A DNA stretch of 64,000 nt. Origin: Pelagomonas calceolata. Its lineage: Eukaryota. The stretch covers positions 1,116,001 through 1,180,000 of the forward strand of contig CAKKNE010000004.1 of the NCBI GenBank assembly GCA_918797485.1, written 5' to 3'. This document shows positions 55,116 through 64,000 of the stretch, piece after piece. The notes under the pieces were generated by a model, which saw nothing but the letters and a program-made list of their open reading frames with translations, had not been told where the DNA came from and ran no database searches. A program made the position numbers and the translations under genes. Each line of letters begins with the position of its first letter. The first letter of the stretch is position 1.

Positions 55116-55940
55116 ATGGCCGGCCGCAAGATGACGCCCAAGGGCCAGATGGCCTTCGGCGGCGGCCCGCCGATCACGCACCTGCCGCCGGCCATGAAGG
55201 CCATGTTTCAACCGGGCCCTCCGTTAATCTTCCGGGAGCGGCCGGTCAAAAGGAAGCCGCCGCCCTACTCTGGCGTGGCCAAGTATCTCGGGTTGTTCGA
55301 GACGACGGAGCCGCCGGCACGTGTGGTACATGAGACGCCGCGCGACAAACGAGAAAAACGGAAGAAAGCGAAGGCTGAACAGCACCAGCGCGAACTCGAG
55401 GAGGAAATAAAGAAGTGGGACCCGCACAAGCCCTCGTCTGCCGTTGCCAGTGTGACTACAAAGGACGCGTACAAGACGTTATTCGTCGCTCGCCTGTCAT
55501 ATGACACCACAGAAGACACGTTGCGGAGGGAGTTCGAGGCCTACGGTCCTGTTAGTCGTATCAGAGTCGTGCACAAGCGCGATGCGAATGACGTCCTGAC
55601 CGGTAGTGATGAGGGAGACGCTCCGCGAGGTTACGCGTTCGTCGAGTTCGAGAAGGAGGAGGACATGCGCCAGGCCTATAAAAGGGCTGACGGTAGGAAA
55701 GTAGACGGGCGGCGCCTCCTGGTGGACGTCGAGCGGGGGCGCACGGTCGCGAAGTGGCGTCCCCGCAGATTGGGGGGTGGTTTAGGAGCGACGCGGCGCG
55801 CGGGTGGGCCGCCGCGAGCCGCCGCGCGGCCCGTTTCTCGTCCGCAGCAGTCGTACGGCGCGCGGCCGTCATATCAGAGCGGGCCGCCGCGGCGGTACCG
55901 GTCGCGGTCGCGCGACAGGGGCTACGATAGGAGGCGCTGA
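55116..55940 (+). CDS. SNRNP70: U1 snRNP 70 kDa protein
   Basis: DAYKTLFVARLSY, RGYAFVEF, VDVERGRTVAKWRPRRLGGGLG. Confidence 0.95.
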   Translation: MAGRKMTPKGQMAFGGGPPITHLPPAMKAMFQPGPPLIFRERPVKRKPPPYSGVAKYLGLFETTEPPARVVHETPRDKREKRKKAKAEQHQRELEEEIKKWDPHKPSSAVASVTTKDAYKTLFVARLSYDTTEDTLRREFEAYGPVSRIRVVHKRDANDVLTGSDEGDAPRGYAFVEFEKEEDMRQAYKRADGRKVDGRRLLVDVERGRTVAKWRPRRLGGGLGATRRAGGPPRAAARPVSRPQQSYGARPSYQSGPPRRYRSRSRDRGYDRRR

Positions 55941-55976
55941 GTGATCACAGGACCTAATCGTACTTAGGAAACATTC

Positions 55977-56483
55977 TCACTTGTGGCCGTGCGCGTGGTC
56001 GCCGTCCTTCTTGCCACCGTGGTCGTGGTGACCGTGGTCGCCGTCGCACTTGGAGTGGTCGTGGCTCGAGCCGTGGTCGTGACCGCTCTCCTTGTGGCCG
56101 TGGGACTCGTGGCCGTGGTCGCCGGAGCACTCGCTGTGGTCGTGCTCTTTATGGTCGTGGCCCTTGTGATCGTGCGACGCATGGTCGTGCTCCTTGTGGC
56201 CGTGCGACTCGTGAGAGTGCTCCTTGTGGCCGTGCTCCGCGTGATCGTGCTCCTTGTGGCTCGCTTTGTCGTGCGTGTGCTCGCTCGAGTGATCCGCCGT
56301 GCAGGCGTGGCCGTCGTGGAAGTGCGCTTCCGGCTCCTTCTCGGCCTCCAGCTTCGCCTTGGCCGCCTGCGCGTCCTCGAGCGACGACATGGGCTGCTGC
56401 TCGGGCACGGCCTGGCCGTACTGTTTCAACATATCCGCGGCGTTGCCGGAGAACATGAGGGGGTTACCTTTCCCGTCGGACAT
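55977..56483 (-). CDS. Histidine-rich low-complexity protein
   Basis: Repeats of HKEHDH and GHKE; His dominates the C-terminal half. Confidence 0.75.
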   Translation of the reverse strand: MSDGKGNPLMFSGNAADMLKQYGQAVPEQQPMSSLEDAQAAKAKLEAEKEPEAHFHDGHACTADHSSEHTHDKASHKEHDHAEHGHKEHSHESHGHKEHDHASHDHKGHDHKEHDHSECSGDHGHESHGHKESGHDHGSSHDHSKCDGDHGHHDHGGKKDGDHAHGHK

Positions 56484-56771
56484 GGTTATGCGAGCCGTCC
56501 GGCGCGGACGCGTGCTTGGGCTGTGCTAGTCCGCGTGGGTTGCGACACTGCAGCGAGGTTTGCGACTTGTCGGAGCAGCGCGGGGGGCAGCGACAAAGAT
56601 AAATGTAGCTACTGGACGTCGGGATGCCTTGTGCAGTATTCAGCCAGTAAACATGGCCGGCGCAGCTAGCAGCGGCATGTAAGACACTAGCGATACTGGG
56701 CACGGGGAGCCCTGCGACGTAACTAGCCTTAGCCTTACTATTTTGACGCTTACGCCGGCGGAAGGACCACT

Positions 56772-57914
56772 CTAGATGGCCTTCCCCATCTCCTTGAACG
56801 CCTTGACCATCGTCGCCCCGAGCTGCGCCGGGCTTCTAGAAATGTAGACGCCCGCGTCCTCGAACGCCTCGAACTTCGCCTGCGCCGTGCCCTTGCCGCC
56901 GCTCACCAAAGCGCCGGCGTGGCCCATTCTACGCCCGGGAGGAGCGGTCGTGCCCGCGACGAAGCCGACGACGGGCTTGGACGGATCTCCATTCTGTTTA
57001 AGCCACTCGGCGGCCTCTTCCTCGGCCGAGCCGCCAATTTCTCCGATCATGATGATGCCCTCCGTCTCCGGGTCGTTCGTGAACCGCTCCAGACAATCAA
57101 TAAAGTTCGTGCCGTTGAAGGGGTCGCCGCCGATGCCCACACAGGTGGATTGTCCTAATCCAGCAACGGTCGTCTGATGGACAGCTTCATAAGTCAACGT
57201 GCCAGAACGAGAAACAACCCCAATCTTGCCCTTGGCGTGGATGTAGCCCGGCATGATGCCGATCTTGCACTCGCCGGGCTTGATGATACCAGGACAGTTC
57301 GGTCCTATTAATCTCGTGGCGGACTGCCTTTCTAAGTGATACTTGACCTCGACCTGCGTGGGAATCAACCAGTGAGTTAGGTTTCAACCTGAACGCCATC
57401 GAGCAGAGGCAGGAATGGAGGCAACCTCGCGTCGATGGCGTTAGCTCTACACGCCATCGAGCAGATGCAGTTACGGGGACGACGTCGCGTCGATGGCGTG
57501 GGGCGCCCAAAATTCGATTTCCACACGGATCTCGACCATGTCGTGCTGCGGCACGCCCTCCGTGATGGCCACGACGAGCCCGATCTCGTTCTCGATGGCG
57601 TCGAGGATCGCCGCCTTGCAGAAAGGAGGGGGGACGTAGATGACGGACGCGTCGGGTTTTACTTCCTGGACCGCTTCCTTGACGGAGTCGAAGACCGGCA
57701 AGCCGAGATGGGTCTGGCCGCCCTTCTTCGGCGTGACGCCGCCGACCATGTTCGTGCCGTACGCGATGGCCTGCTCGGAGTGGAAGGAGCCGGTCTTGCC
57801 CGTGAAGCCCTGGCAAATCACCCTCGTGTTCGCGTCGACCCAGACCTTGGCCGTGGCCGAGAGCCGGCGCGCGCCGCGCACCGGCGCCGCGCGCGCGAGC
57901 GCTGCGAGCCGCAT
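56772..57914 (-). CDS. SUCLG1: Succinyl-CoA ligase alpha subunit, mitochondrial; intron 57354-57536
   Basis: [46 protein letters not shown]. Confidence 0.96.
57354..57536 (-). mobile_element. Introner family A intron with TIRs and 8-bp TSD
   Basis: TSD GTCGAGAT/GTCGAGGT; TIR CCGTGTGGAAATCGA...TTGATTCCCACGCAG. Confidence 0.9.
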
Positions 57915-58325
57915 CTTGGATTTTATCGGGCTATGTTCTTGGGGTTTTTGCAACGCGCGGCGGCTCCAGGTGGAGCGCTGCGGTATATATTGCTACGAAA
58001 CCAGCCAGGGAATGTACGAGCACCTCTCGCCGCCAAGAAGCAATGAATGGCCGCGAAGTAGGCGAGCTAGCGGCCGTAAGGCACTAGCGAGAGGCGGCAG
58101 CCGGACTTGGAACGGTTTTAGACACAGTTTCGTGGTCCTTATCACAGGACAGAGGCGCTGATTACGACTAGCCATAGCCAGCTTCACACACAGCGCTCGG
58201 AGCGCCTGCGCCGGCGCCCAAATTAGTGATTAGCTCGTCACCACCGTCTCGGCCGCACGCTGCCGCCGACGCGATAAAGTCATCAGAGGACGCGCCGCGC
58301 GCACGAATAAAGAGCCAAGCGGACC

Positions 58326-59375
58326 ATGGTCTCCGTCTTCTCCGGCGAGGTCACGCGGACGTGGCGCTTCCCCGATTCGGAAGGAAAGGGCCACGAAGTT
58401 GTCCTATACCACCACCCGTTAACGGGCGCGAGAGCGGCGATGGTCGACCACAAGGAGCTCCACAAGTCGCTGGGCACGTCGAGCATCTTCCACAGCGCGG
58501 AAACGAGACTACCCTTCGAGGCCGGTTCTATGAAGGGAGAAATTATTATTTTGCGAGATTCCATGACAACCTTCGCCTACCGCTGCCTTGTCGATAACAA
58601 GGACGTCCCCGAAGCGACAGCAATTGCTTCTCGCCCTGCTTACGACCGCAGCGCGCGAGAAACGAGGCCCGGGCCTCAGCTCCAGGTCTTCAGCGTCCGC
58701 GTCGTGGAGTACTGCACGTCGATGTGCCACGTGGACAACAAGCCTATTACGTGGTACGCGGTGGACGCCTCCGCGCGCCTCGCGAACGGTCAAACGGCGT
58801 CGACGCGCGTCCACCGGCGCTTCCGCGACTTTGTCGAATTTGACGAGACGCTGCGGGCGTCGCTGACGGGCTACGCCACGAAGGGAAGTTTACCGAAGCC
58901 GCCGCAGCGCAAAGCCAAGTTCATGGCGGATCACCAGGACGACGCCTTCCTGCGGGATCGCTTGCGAGAGCTTGATACCTATGTGAAGAAGCTCGTCGAA
59001 GTGCCGCACGCGTGGCTGTCGACGGGCGCGCCCGCGTTCGTCGGGCTGAGTGATGCCGTGCGCGAGTACTCCGTGCTGTTTCGGGAGAAGACGTTGGGCT
59101 TCACGCTTGGGAGGGCACCTCCGAAAGCGGACGGCGCTCTCCCCGACTTCCCGGCGTTCGTCTCGGAAGTCCACGAGGACCTGGTTCTTCGACCGGGCGA
59201 CCTGCTGTCCAAGGTGTCGGGCCGGACGACCAGCAATTTGGCGTTCCAGCAGTGCGTCGCCGCGCTCAAGTACTCGTCGAGGCCGGCGATGCTGCACTTG
59301 CTGGCGCCTTTGAAAGGGCGCGACGTCGTGCCGCCGCCGCCTCCAGCTGACGAGGAGAAGAACCCGTTCATGTGA
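58326..59375 (+). CDS. FAIM1-like + PX + PDZ-like protein
   Basis: HEVVLYHHPLTGARAAMVD...YRCLVD (FAIM-like); VHRRFRDFVEFD..LPKPP..RLRELDTY (PX); LGFTL..PGDLLSKV (PDZ-like). Confidence 0.7.
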   Translation: MVSVFSGEVTRTWRFPDSEGKGHEVVLYHHPLTGARAAMVDHKELHKSLGTSSIFHSAETRLPFEAGSMKGEIIILRDSMTTFAYRCLVDNKDVPEATAIASRPAYDRSARETRPGPQLQVFSVRVVEYCTSMCHVDNKPITWYAVDASARLANGQTASTRVHRRFRDFVEFDETLRASLTGYATKGSLPKPPQRKAKFMADHQDDAFLRDRLRELDTYVKKLVEVPHAWLSTGAPAFVGLSDAVREYSVLFREKTLGFTLGRAPPKADGALPDFPAFVSEVHEDLVLRPGDLLSKVSGRTTSNLAFQQCVAALKYSSRPAMLHLLAPLKGRDVVPPPPPADEEKNPFM

Positions 59376-59861
59376 TAAGATATCCGCTGTATTTCGTGCG
59401 TTTCTTGTGGGGGAGACCGCCCCGGCCACCACCACATCGCGCGATCGGGGCGTGAAGACGCCGTCGCCGCGAGACGCGGAACGCCGTCCGTTGCCTTTAG
59501 AACGCGTCGACGACGTGCCCGAGAGGCGGTGTCGCGGCGATGGCGTCGACGCGATGCCACGCCGCCTCGACGCCGTCGACGCGGCAGCTAGAGCCCCGGC
59601 GACGAACCCCGAACGGTGATGTACGAGTCGCCTGGAGCTTGCCGCCGCCGAGGCCACGACGGACGTGTCCTCCAACGACGGGTCCGCGCGTCGGCCGATG
59701 GCGAGCCACTAATCATCTCTAAAGCAAATCAGCGGCGCGGGTCAAATCGCTTTGCCGTCAGATATCGCCCCGGGCAGGACGCACAGATCGATTCGCCGTC
59801 GGATACATCGCTACGGCGCGGCGCAGTACGCAGTCGTTCAGGGCTGCCCCCCCAAATACCA

Positions 59862-61125
59862 ATGGTGCTGCCCCTGCGGGTGCCACGCCCCGGCAGCCAG
59901 CCAAGGCCCGGCACGCCGCGCGGCGCGCCGGCCCTGCCCGGCGTCGGCAGCGCCTTCCGGCGGCCCTCGCCCAAGGGGGCGCGCCGCATCGTCGCGGAGG
60001 TCGCGGCCGCGCGGGCGGCGTCGCCGACTCCGTTCAAGCCGCAAAAACTGCGCGTCGTGTCGCCGACGGCGCGCGTGGCCTCGCCGCCGCCCATCCGCGT
60101 CACGCCCGTCCGCGATATAGGAGCAAAGGTGCGGCCGGTTGGAAGGGTCGTGTCGCCGGAGCCGATCAATGGCCGAGTGGCGCCTTGTAAAACGGTGGAG
60201 GTCTGGTTCGTGCGCCACGGCGAGACCGTGGCCAACGCGTCGCGCATCACCCAGGGCCAGCAGCCTGGTAGATTAACTAGAACGGGAGCGCTCCAGGCGG
60301 CGGCTTTGGGCGAGCGCCTCCAGAGGGACCACGACGTTTCTCCATTCGACGTCGTCCTGTGCTCCGACTTATTACGGTGCCGCCAGACGTGTCATTTAGC
60401 CACCAAAGGGTTCTGTCACGAACCGAAGGTAGCGCGGACGGACCCGTTGTTGAGAGAAAGAGCCGTCGGTGTGTATGAAGGTTTGGCCCACGACGCGCCC
60501 CGGAAGCCGCGGCCGCCGCACGTGCCTCCTAGAAAACACCGCGTGGAAGGCGGCGAGTCGTGGGACGACGTGAATCGACGCGCGCGCAAATTACTTTCAA
60601 GGCTCGGCAGCACCTTCGTCGCCACCAAAGATGATTCTAGAGACAGATTACGAGTCCTGTGCGTGACGCACGGCGGCTTCATCATGGAGGTCATATACCC
60701 GCGTCTCGCTATCTCGGCACCGCGGTCATCTGAGAGGCCCAAACTCGGACACGACCGCCGAGAGATACCCTCGACCGAGTATAGTCAGAAACACCTCGCT
60801 CCGACCCCAACAAACCCAAAATTGAAGCACAACTTGAACTTTGCTGGCCACGCAGGCGATGAACGCCGCGACTGGAGCCGACGGTTGTACCGTGCCCTTC
60901 TGCAGCAACGGCGCCTGGAACACGAGTGTCTGGAAGGTCGAGCTGACGCGGAATGACAAGGGGAAGCTCTGCTGTAGGGTGGTCGGGGCGAACGACGCGT
61001 CCCACTTGGATTCTGGATCTCCGCGAGCGGAGTTGGATCTGAGGGACGACGCGGTCCTGGCCTGTGCGGGCGTTTCCGCTGACAAGTGGTGGGCGGCGGA
61101 CGATCCTGTCTCAGCGACGGGCTAG
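59862..61125 (+). CDS. Histidine phosphatase (phosphoglycerate mutase family); intron 60690-60855
   Basis: FVRHGET, SDLLRCRQT, LRER, GGESW, VTHGGFI, NDASHL. Confidence 0.85.
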
Positions 61126-61297
61126 GCCTGTTCTGTTTCTTCGGCGCCGCCGGCGCCCTCCCCGTACCGTTACCGGCACGGGGCACGTTTAACCTTAGGT
61201 GATCATTGAATTCCGTTTCGCTTCGAGCTTGGCCGCCTATGGTAATAGGACTAGTGCGCGGCGCTCGGGACGCGCCGGTCCCCTGGAAATTATATTG

Positions 61298-61328
61298 TTA
61301 CGGTGCTAGGACTCGTGGGCGGAGCCCC
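61298..61328 (+). repeat. Motif A
   Basis: TTACGGTGCTAGGACTCGTGGGCGGAGCCCC; a further copy at 61857-61881. Confidence 0.85.
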
Positions 61329-61425
61329 TAGACACCGCGCGTCGCCGATGCTTATCTTCGGCTTGCTAGTATCTTACAGGCCGCTAGCAGGCTGTCACAC
61401 AGGTCGGAGTTTTGCAAGACCGCCG

Positions 61426-61704
61426 ATGGCCAAGGACCGCGTGCCTCGCGAGTGGCCCATCCTCATTTTGCATGATGGCCAGCCGCTCTCCGTGGCCCGC
61501 GTGCCTCAACTGATTAAACGGTTTGGCGCCGTGGACGTGAACGCCACCGAGCCCCTCGTCGCCATGCTGCTCCTGGCGAAGAGCTCCTACTTCGTCGGCA
61601 ACCCCGCGTCGAGCTTCTCCTGGAACATGGCCGACATCCGCCGCGCGTCCGGCGCTTCCGAGGCGAGCACAACTCTTAGATCGTGTTCCTCATGTGACGC
61701 GTGA
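61426..61704 (+). CDS. Short ORF resembling an O-fucosyltransferase C-terminus (fragment)
   Basis: LLAKSSYFVGNPASSFSWNMADIR resembles the F.G...SSFS motif; far shorter than a full enzyme. Confidence 0.45.
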   Translation: MAKDRVPREWPILILHDGQPLSVARVPQLIKRFGAVDVNATEPLVAMLLLAKSSYFVGNPASSFSWNMADIRRASGASEASTTLRSCSSCDA

Positions 61705-61971
61705 ACCTTAGGTTGGGTACTGTACAGATATACAACGTTGTCTCATTTTGCGGTCTATGTGCCCCGTGCCGTACGGTACGGGGCCGGACTGCTTTGGAAC
61801 GCAAGTTAACTAAGAGGAGAGCCTCGGGGGAGACGCCGCGTCTCGCCCCGCTTTCGACGGTGCTAGGACTCGTGGGCGGAGACTAGCGGCCTGTAAGTCT
61901 CTAGGCTTTTGACAAGGGCAGCCTCGCGCAGGCTAGGAATACGACGCAGCGATGCGGCAACGGTAGCAGCG

Positions 61972-63213
61972 ATGCGGCAAGGTCTCGTCCTGTGCAGCAT
62001 GGCTGCGCTCGCGGCAGCCCAACGCCAATGCGGCCCGCCACCCGACGGTAAAGGCACCGACGGAGAGGACCGGTGCGCCAACGCCGGCGCGGCGGCGGCG
62101 ACGCAGCGCTTCAAGATTGATATAAACGTGGACGGCGAGCCGCGGCCGCTGGGTTTTTTGAGAGGCGACGATGTCAATGAAGTCGCGCGGCGCTGGGTCG
62201 CGGCGCATTCCATCGTCGGAGAGGACGCCGTACGGACGTTGGTGAAGCGGATGCGTACAAAAGTGGAGGAGGCGCCCGCTTTAGATGGAGAGGCGCTGGG
62301 CTGCCCGGCGCTCGCGTATGAGCACGAAATGGACACGCCAGCGTCGCTCGCCGCCTTCACGCGACGCGCTTCGAGCATAGCGGGCCCCGGCGGGCGCATC
62401 GTCCTCACAATGGCGACGGGCGGCTACGCGGCCTTCGCGCGGTCCTGGGCGCGCGGCCTCGACGCCGTCAACGCGTCCCACTATTTGATCGCCGCGCTCG
62501 ACGATGTTGCATTAACTGAACTGAAGCCGCTCGGCGGTCATGTAGTGCCGGTCTACGACGAGGCCATGGCTGACGACGCCCCGGGCCGCGACCGACCGGC
62601 GGCCTACGGCTCGGGCGCGTTCCGAGCGCTGACCCAGATAAAACCGGCGCTCGTGCTCGCTTTGCTGGAGGCGGAGCTCGCGGTGCTCTACGCGGACGCC
62701 GACGTCGCGTTTTTACAAGATCCCTGGCCCCACCTCACATCTTATGAGAACTGTGCCGTGGCGCTGCAGCCGAACCGTCACGACGAAGAGGACGTGCTGG
62801 GGGCTATTGTAGAGCTCGACCGTCGGCCGGGCAACCCTAGGCCACGTCAGAGGTACTACGGCGACGTGGGCTGCTCCGGCCTGGCGTACTTCCCCTCTGG
62901 TCGGGCCGCGCGGCGCCTCGCCGCGTTCTGGGCGGCGGCCGCTTCAGATGATTCGTGCGGCGGCGACCAGGCCGCGCTCGAAGCCGCCCTCGCTTTCCTA
63001 GCGTACGCGGCCGAGCACGTCGACGTCCGCGCGCTGCCGCTGGCGCTTTGGCCGAACGGCATGGCGCTGCGGACTTTGTATGATGCGCCGGCGCCGGAGG
63101 CCCTGATTTCATTCGAGGTCCCGCCGGGCGTCGTCGCCTTCCACGCGAATTATGTCGTCGGCGCTTCACAAAAACGCGCGTGGCTGGAGTCGCTGGGGCT
63201 GTGGTTTGACTAA
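61972..63213 (+). CDS. Nucleotide-diphospho-sugar transferase (GT77-like)
   Basis: YLIAALD, KPALVLALLE, VLYADADVAFLQDP (DxD), GDQAAL, FHANYVVG..K. Confidence 0.8.
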   Translation: MRQGLVLCSMAALAAAQRQCGPPPDGKGTDGEDRCANAGAAAATQRFKIDINVDGEPRPLGFLRGDDVNEVARRWVAAHSIVGEDAVRTLVKRMRTKVEEAPALDGEALGCPALAYEHEMDTPASLAAFTRRASSIAGPGGRIVLTMATGGYAAFARSWARGLDAVNASHYLIAALDDVALTELKPLGGHVVPVYDEAMADDAPGRDRPAAYGSGAFRALTQIKPALVLALLEAELAVLYADADVAFLQDPWPHLTSYENCAVALQPNRHDEEDVLGAIVELDRRPGNPRPRQRYYGDVGCSGLAYFPSGRAARRLAAFWAAAASDDSCGGDQAALEAALAFLAYAAEHVDVRALPLALWPNGMALRTLYDAPAPEALISFEVPPGVVAFHANYVVGASQKRAWLESLGLWFD

Positions 63214-63231
63214 GTGTGTGTTCGGATACGA

Positions 63232-64000
63232 TTAAGAAGAACTAGGCCGCAGCGCGAGGTGGACCGTCTGACCGTCTGCCAGGCCGCTCGCCGCCAGGGA
63301 GCCGTCCTCCAGGGGCTTGCCCCCGAAGATGAGGCGCTGCCGCTCCGCGGGCGCGTCGGCCAGGGCTGTTGCGATGGCGGCCTTGAGGTCGGCGACCGTG
63401 GACCCGCGGGCCACAGGCACAAACAACGCGTCGCCGGTCGAGCGCAGGACCCGCACCGCGAGCGCGCCGTCCGTGCCGTCGTCGCGCCCGCCGTCGGCGG
63501 CCCGCGCCCGCGCGGCCCGCCGCGCCATGAGCGCGAAGAGCGCCGACGGCGAGAGCGTGCGCAGCAGCCGCGCGAGCGTCGCCGCGGCGCCGGGCGCGAC
63601 GAGGCGCTCCGGCTGCCGGCGGTCCGCGGCGTCGATGAGCGCGCGCGCGACGGCCGCCGGGTCCGCGCCCGATGCCGTCGCGGCGTCGTTTTTGTCGTAG
63701 GCGCGGCCGTCGCCCGTCAGCGCGTGCAGGCTGTGGCCGGTCCGGATGTAGCCCGGCGCCACGACCGTGACCTGTGTGGAAATCAAAACTTCACGGCTTC
63801 ATCGCCGAAGCACCCGACACACTGGTTGATTCCCGCACAGACGGTGACCGACACGCGGGCCGCGGACTCGGCCGCGAGCTCGGCCCGCAGGGCGTCGAAG
63901 TAGCCGTGGAGCGCGTGCTTCGACGCCGCGTAGGCGGCGCGCTGGGGTAAACCGAAGTAGCCCTGCACCGAACTCACCACGACCACCCGCCCATCCCTCC
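63232..64000 (-). CDS. Short-chain dehydrogenase (DHRS7-like, 5' truncated by window edge) fused to a C-terminal ubiquitin-like domain; intron 63772-63848
   Basis: VSSVQG, YAASKHAL, VAPGYIRT; then TVADLKAAIA...RQRLIFGGKPLEDG..L...GL.DGQTVHL. Confidence 0.8.
63772..63848 (-). mobile_element. Introner family A intron, minimal (77 nt), inserted in reverse orientation
   Basis: TSD GTCACCGT/GTCACGGT; TIR CTGTGCGGGAATCAA...TTGATTTCCACACAG. Confidence 0.9.

Noticed and set aside
1..64000. Autonomous transposase for the introners, tRNA/rRNA genes, telomeric repeats, viral hallmark genes
   Set aside because: None recognisable by eye in this window

Overview
Gene-dense, GC-rich eukaryotic nuclear DNA. 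A fucoxanthin-chlorophyll LHC gene, a kinesin-II gene and the intron style point to a photosynthetic stramenopile, most likely a pelagophyte of the Pelagomonas/Aureococcus type (inference). About 35 protein genes are recognisable. They include a complex I small subunit, an LRR/EF-hand/kinase, SWC4/DMAP1, an FKBP-TPR-cyclophilin, a CIPK-like kinase, LHC, a GH26-like hydrolase, two kinesins, HSF, trehalose-phosphate phosphatase, an ATXR3/SDG2-like SET-CW-Tudor protein, proteasome beta-4, V-ATPase e, TMEM260, U1-70K and succinyl-CoA ligase alpha. Three kinds of non-coding structure stand out. (1) Most of the roughly 20 introns I could reconstruct are related, transposon-like introner elements in at least two families. 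The best preserved have 8-bp target-site duplications that supply the GT/GC donor and terminal inverted repeats that supply the AG acceptor, plus a shared CGCCATCGA...TCGATGGCG hairpin module. (2) Two recurring intergenic motifs: a 24-bp bipartite GCTAGTGTCTTACA-N4-GCTAGC motif mostly upstream of genes (about 11 copies), and a TTACGGTGCTAGGACTAGTGGGCGGAGCCCC hairpin motif mostly just downstream of stop codons. (3) An orphan tandem array of [constant GC-AG intron + variable-length Pro-Thr exon] units at 42.5-43.0 kb. All splice calls were made by eye from reading-frame continuity and have no transcript support.
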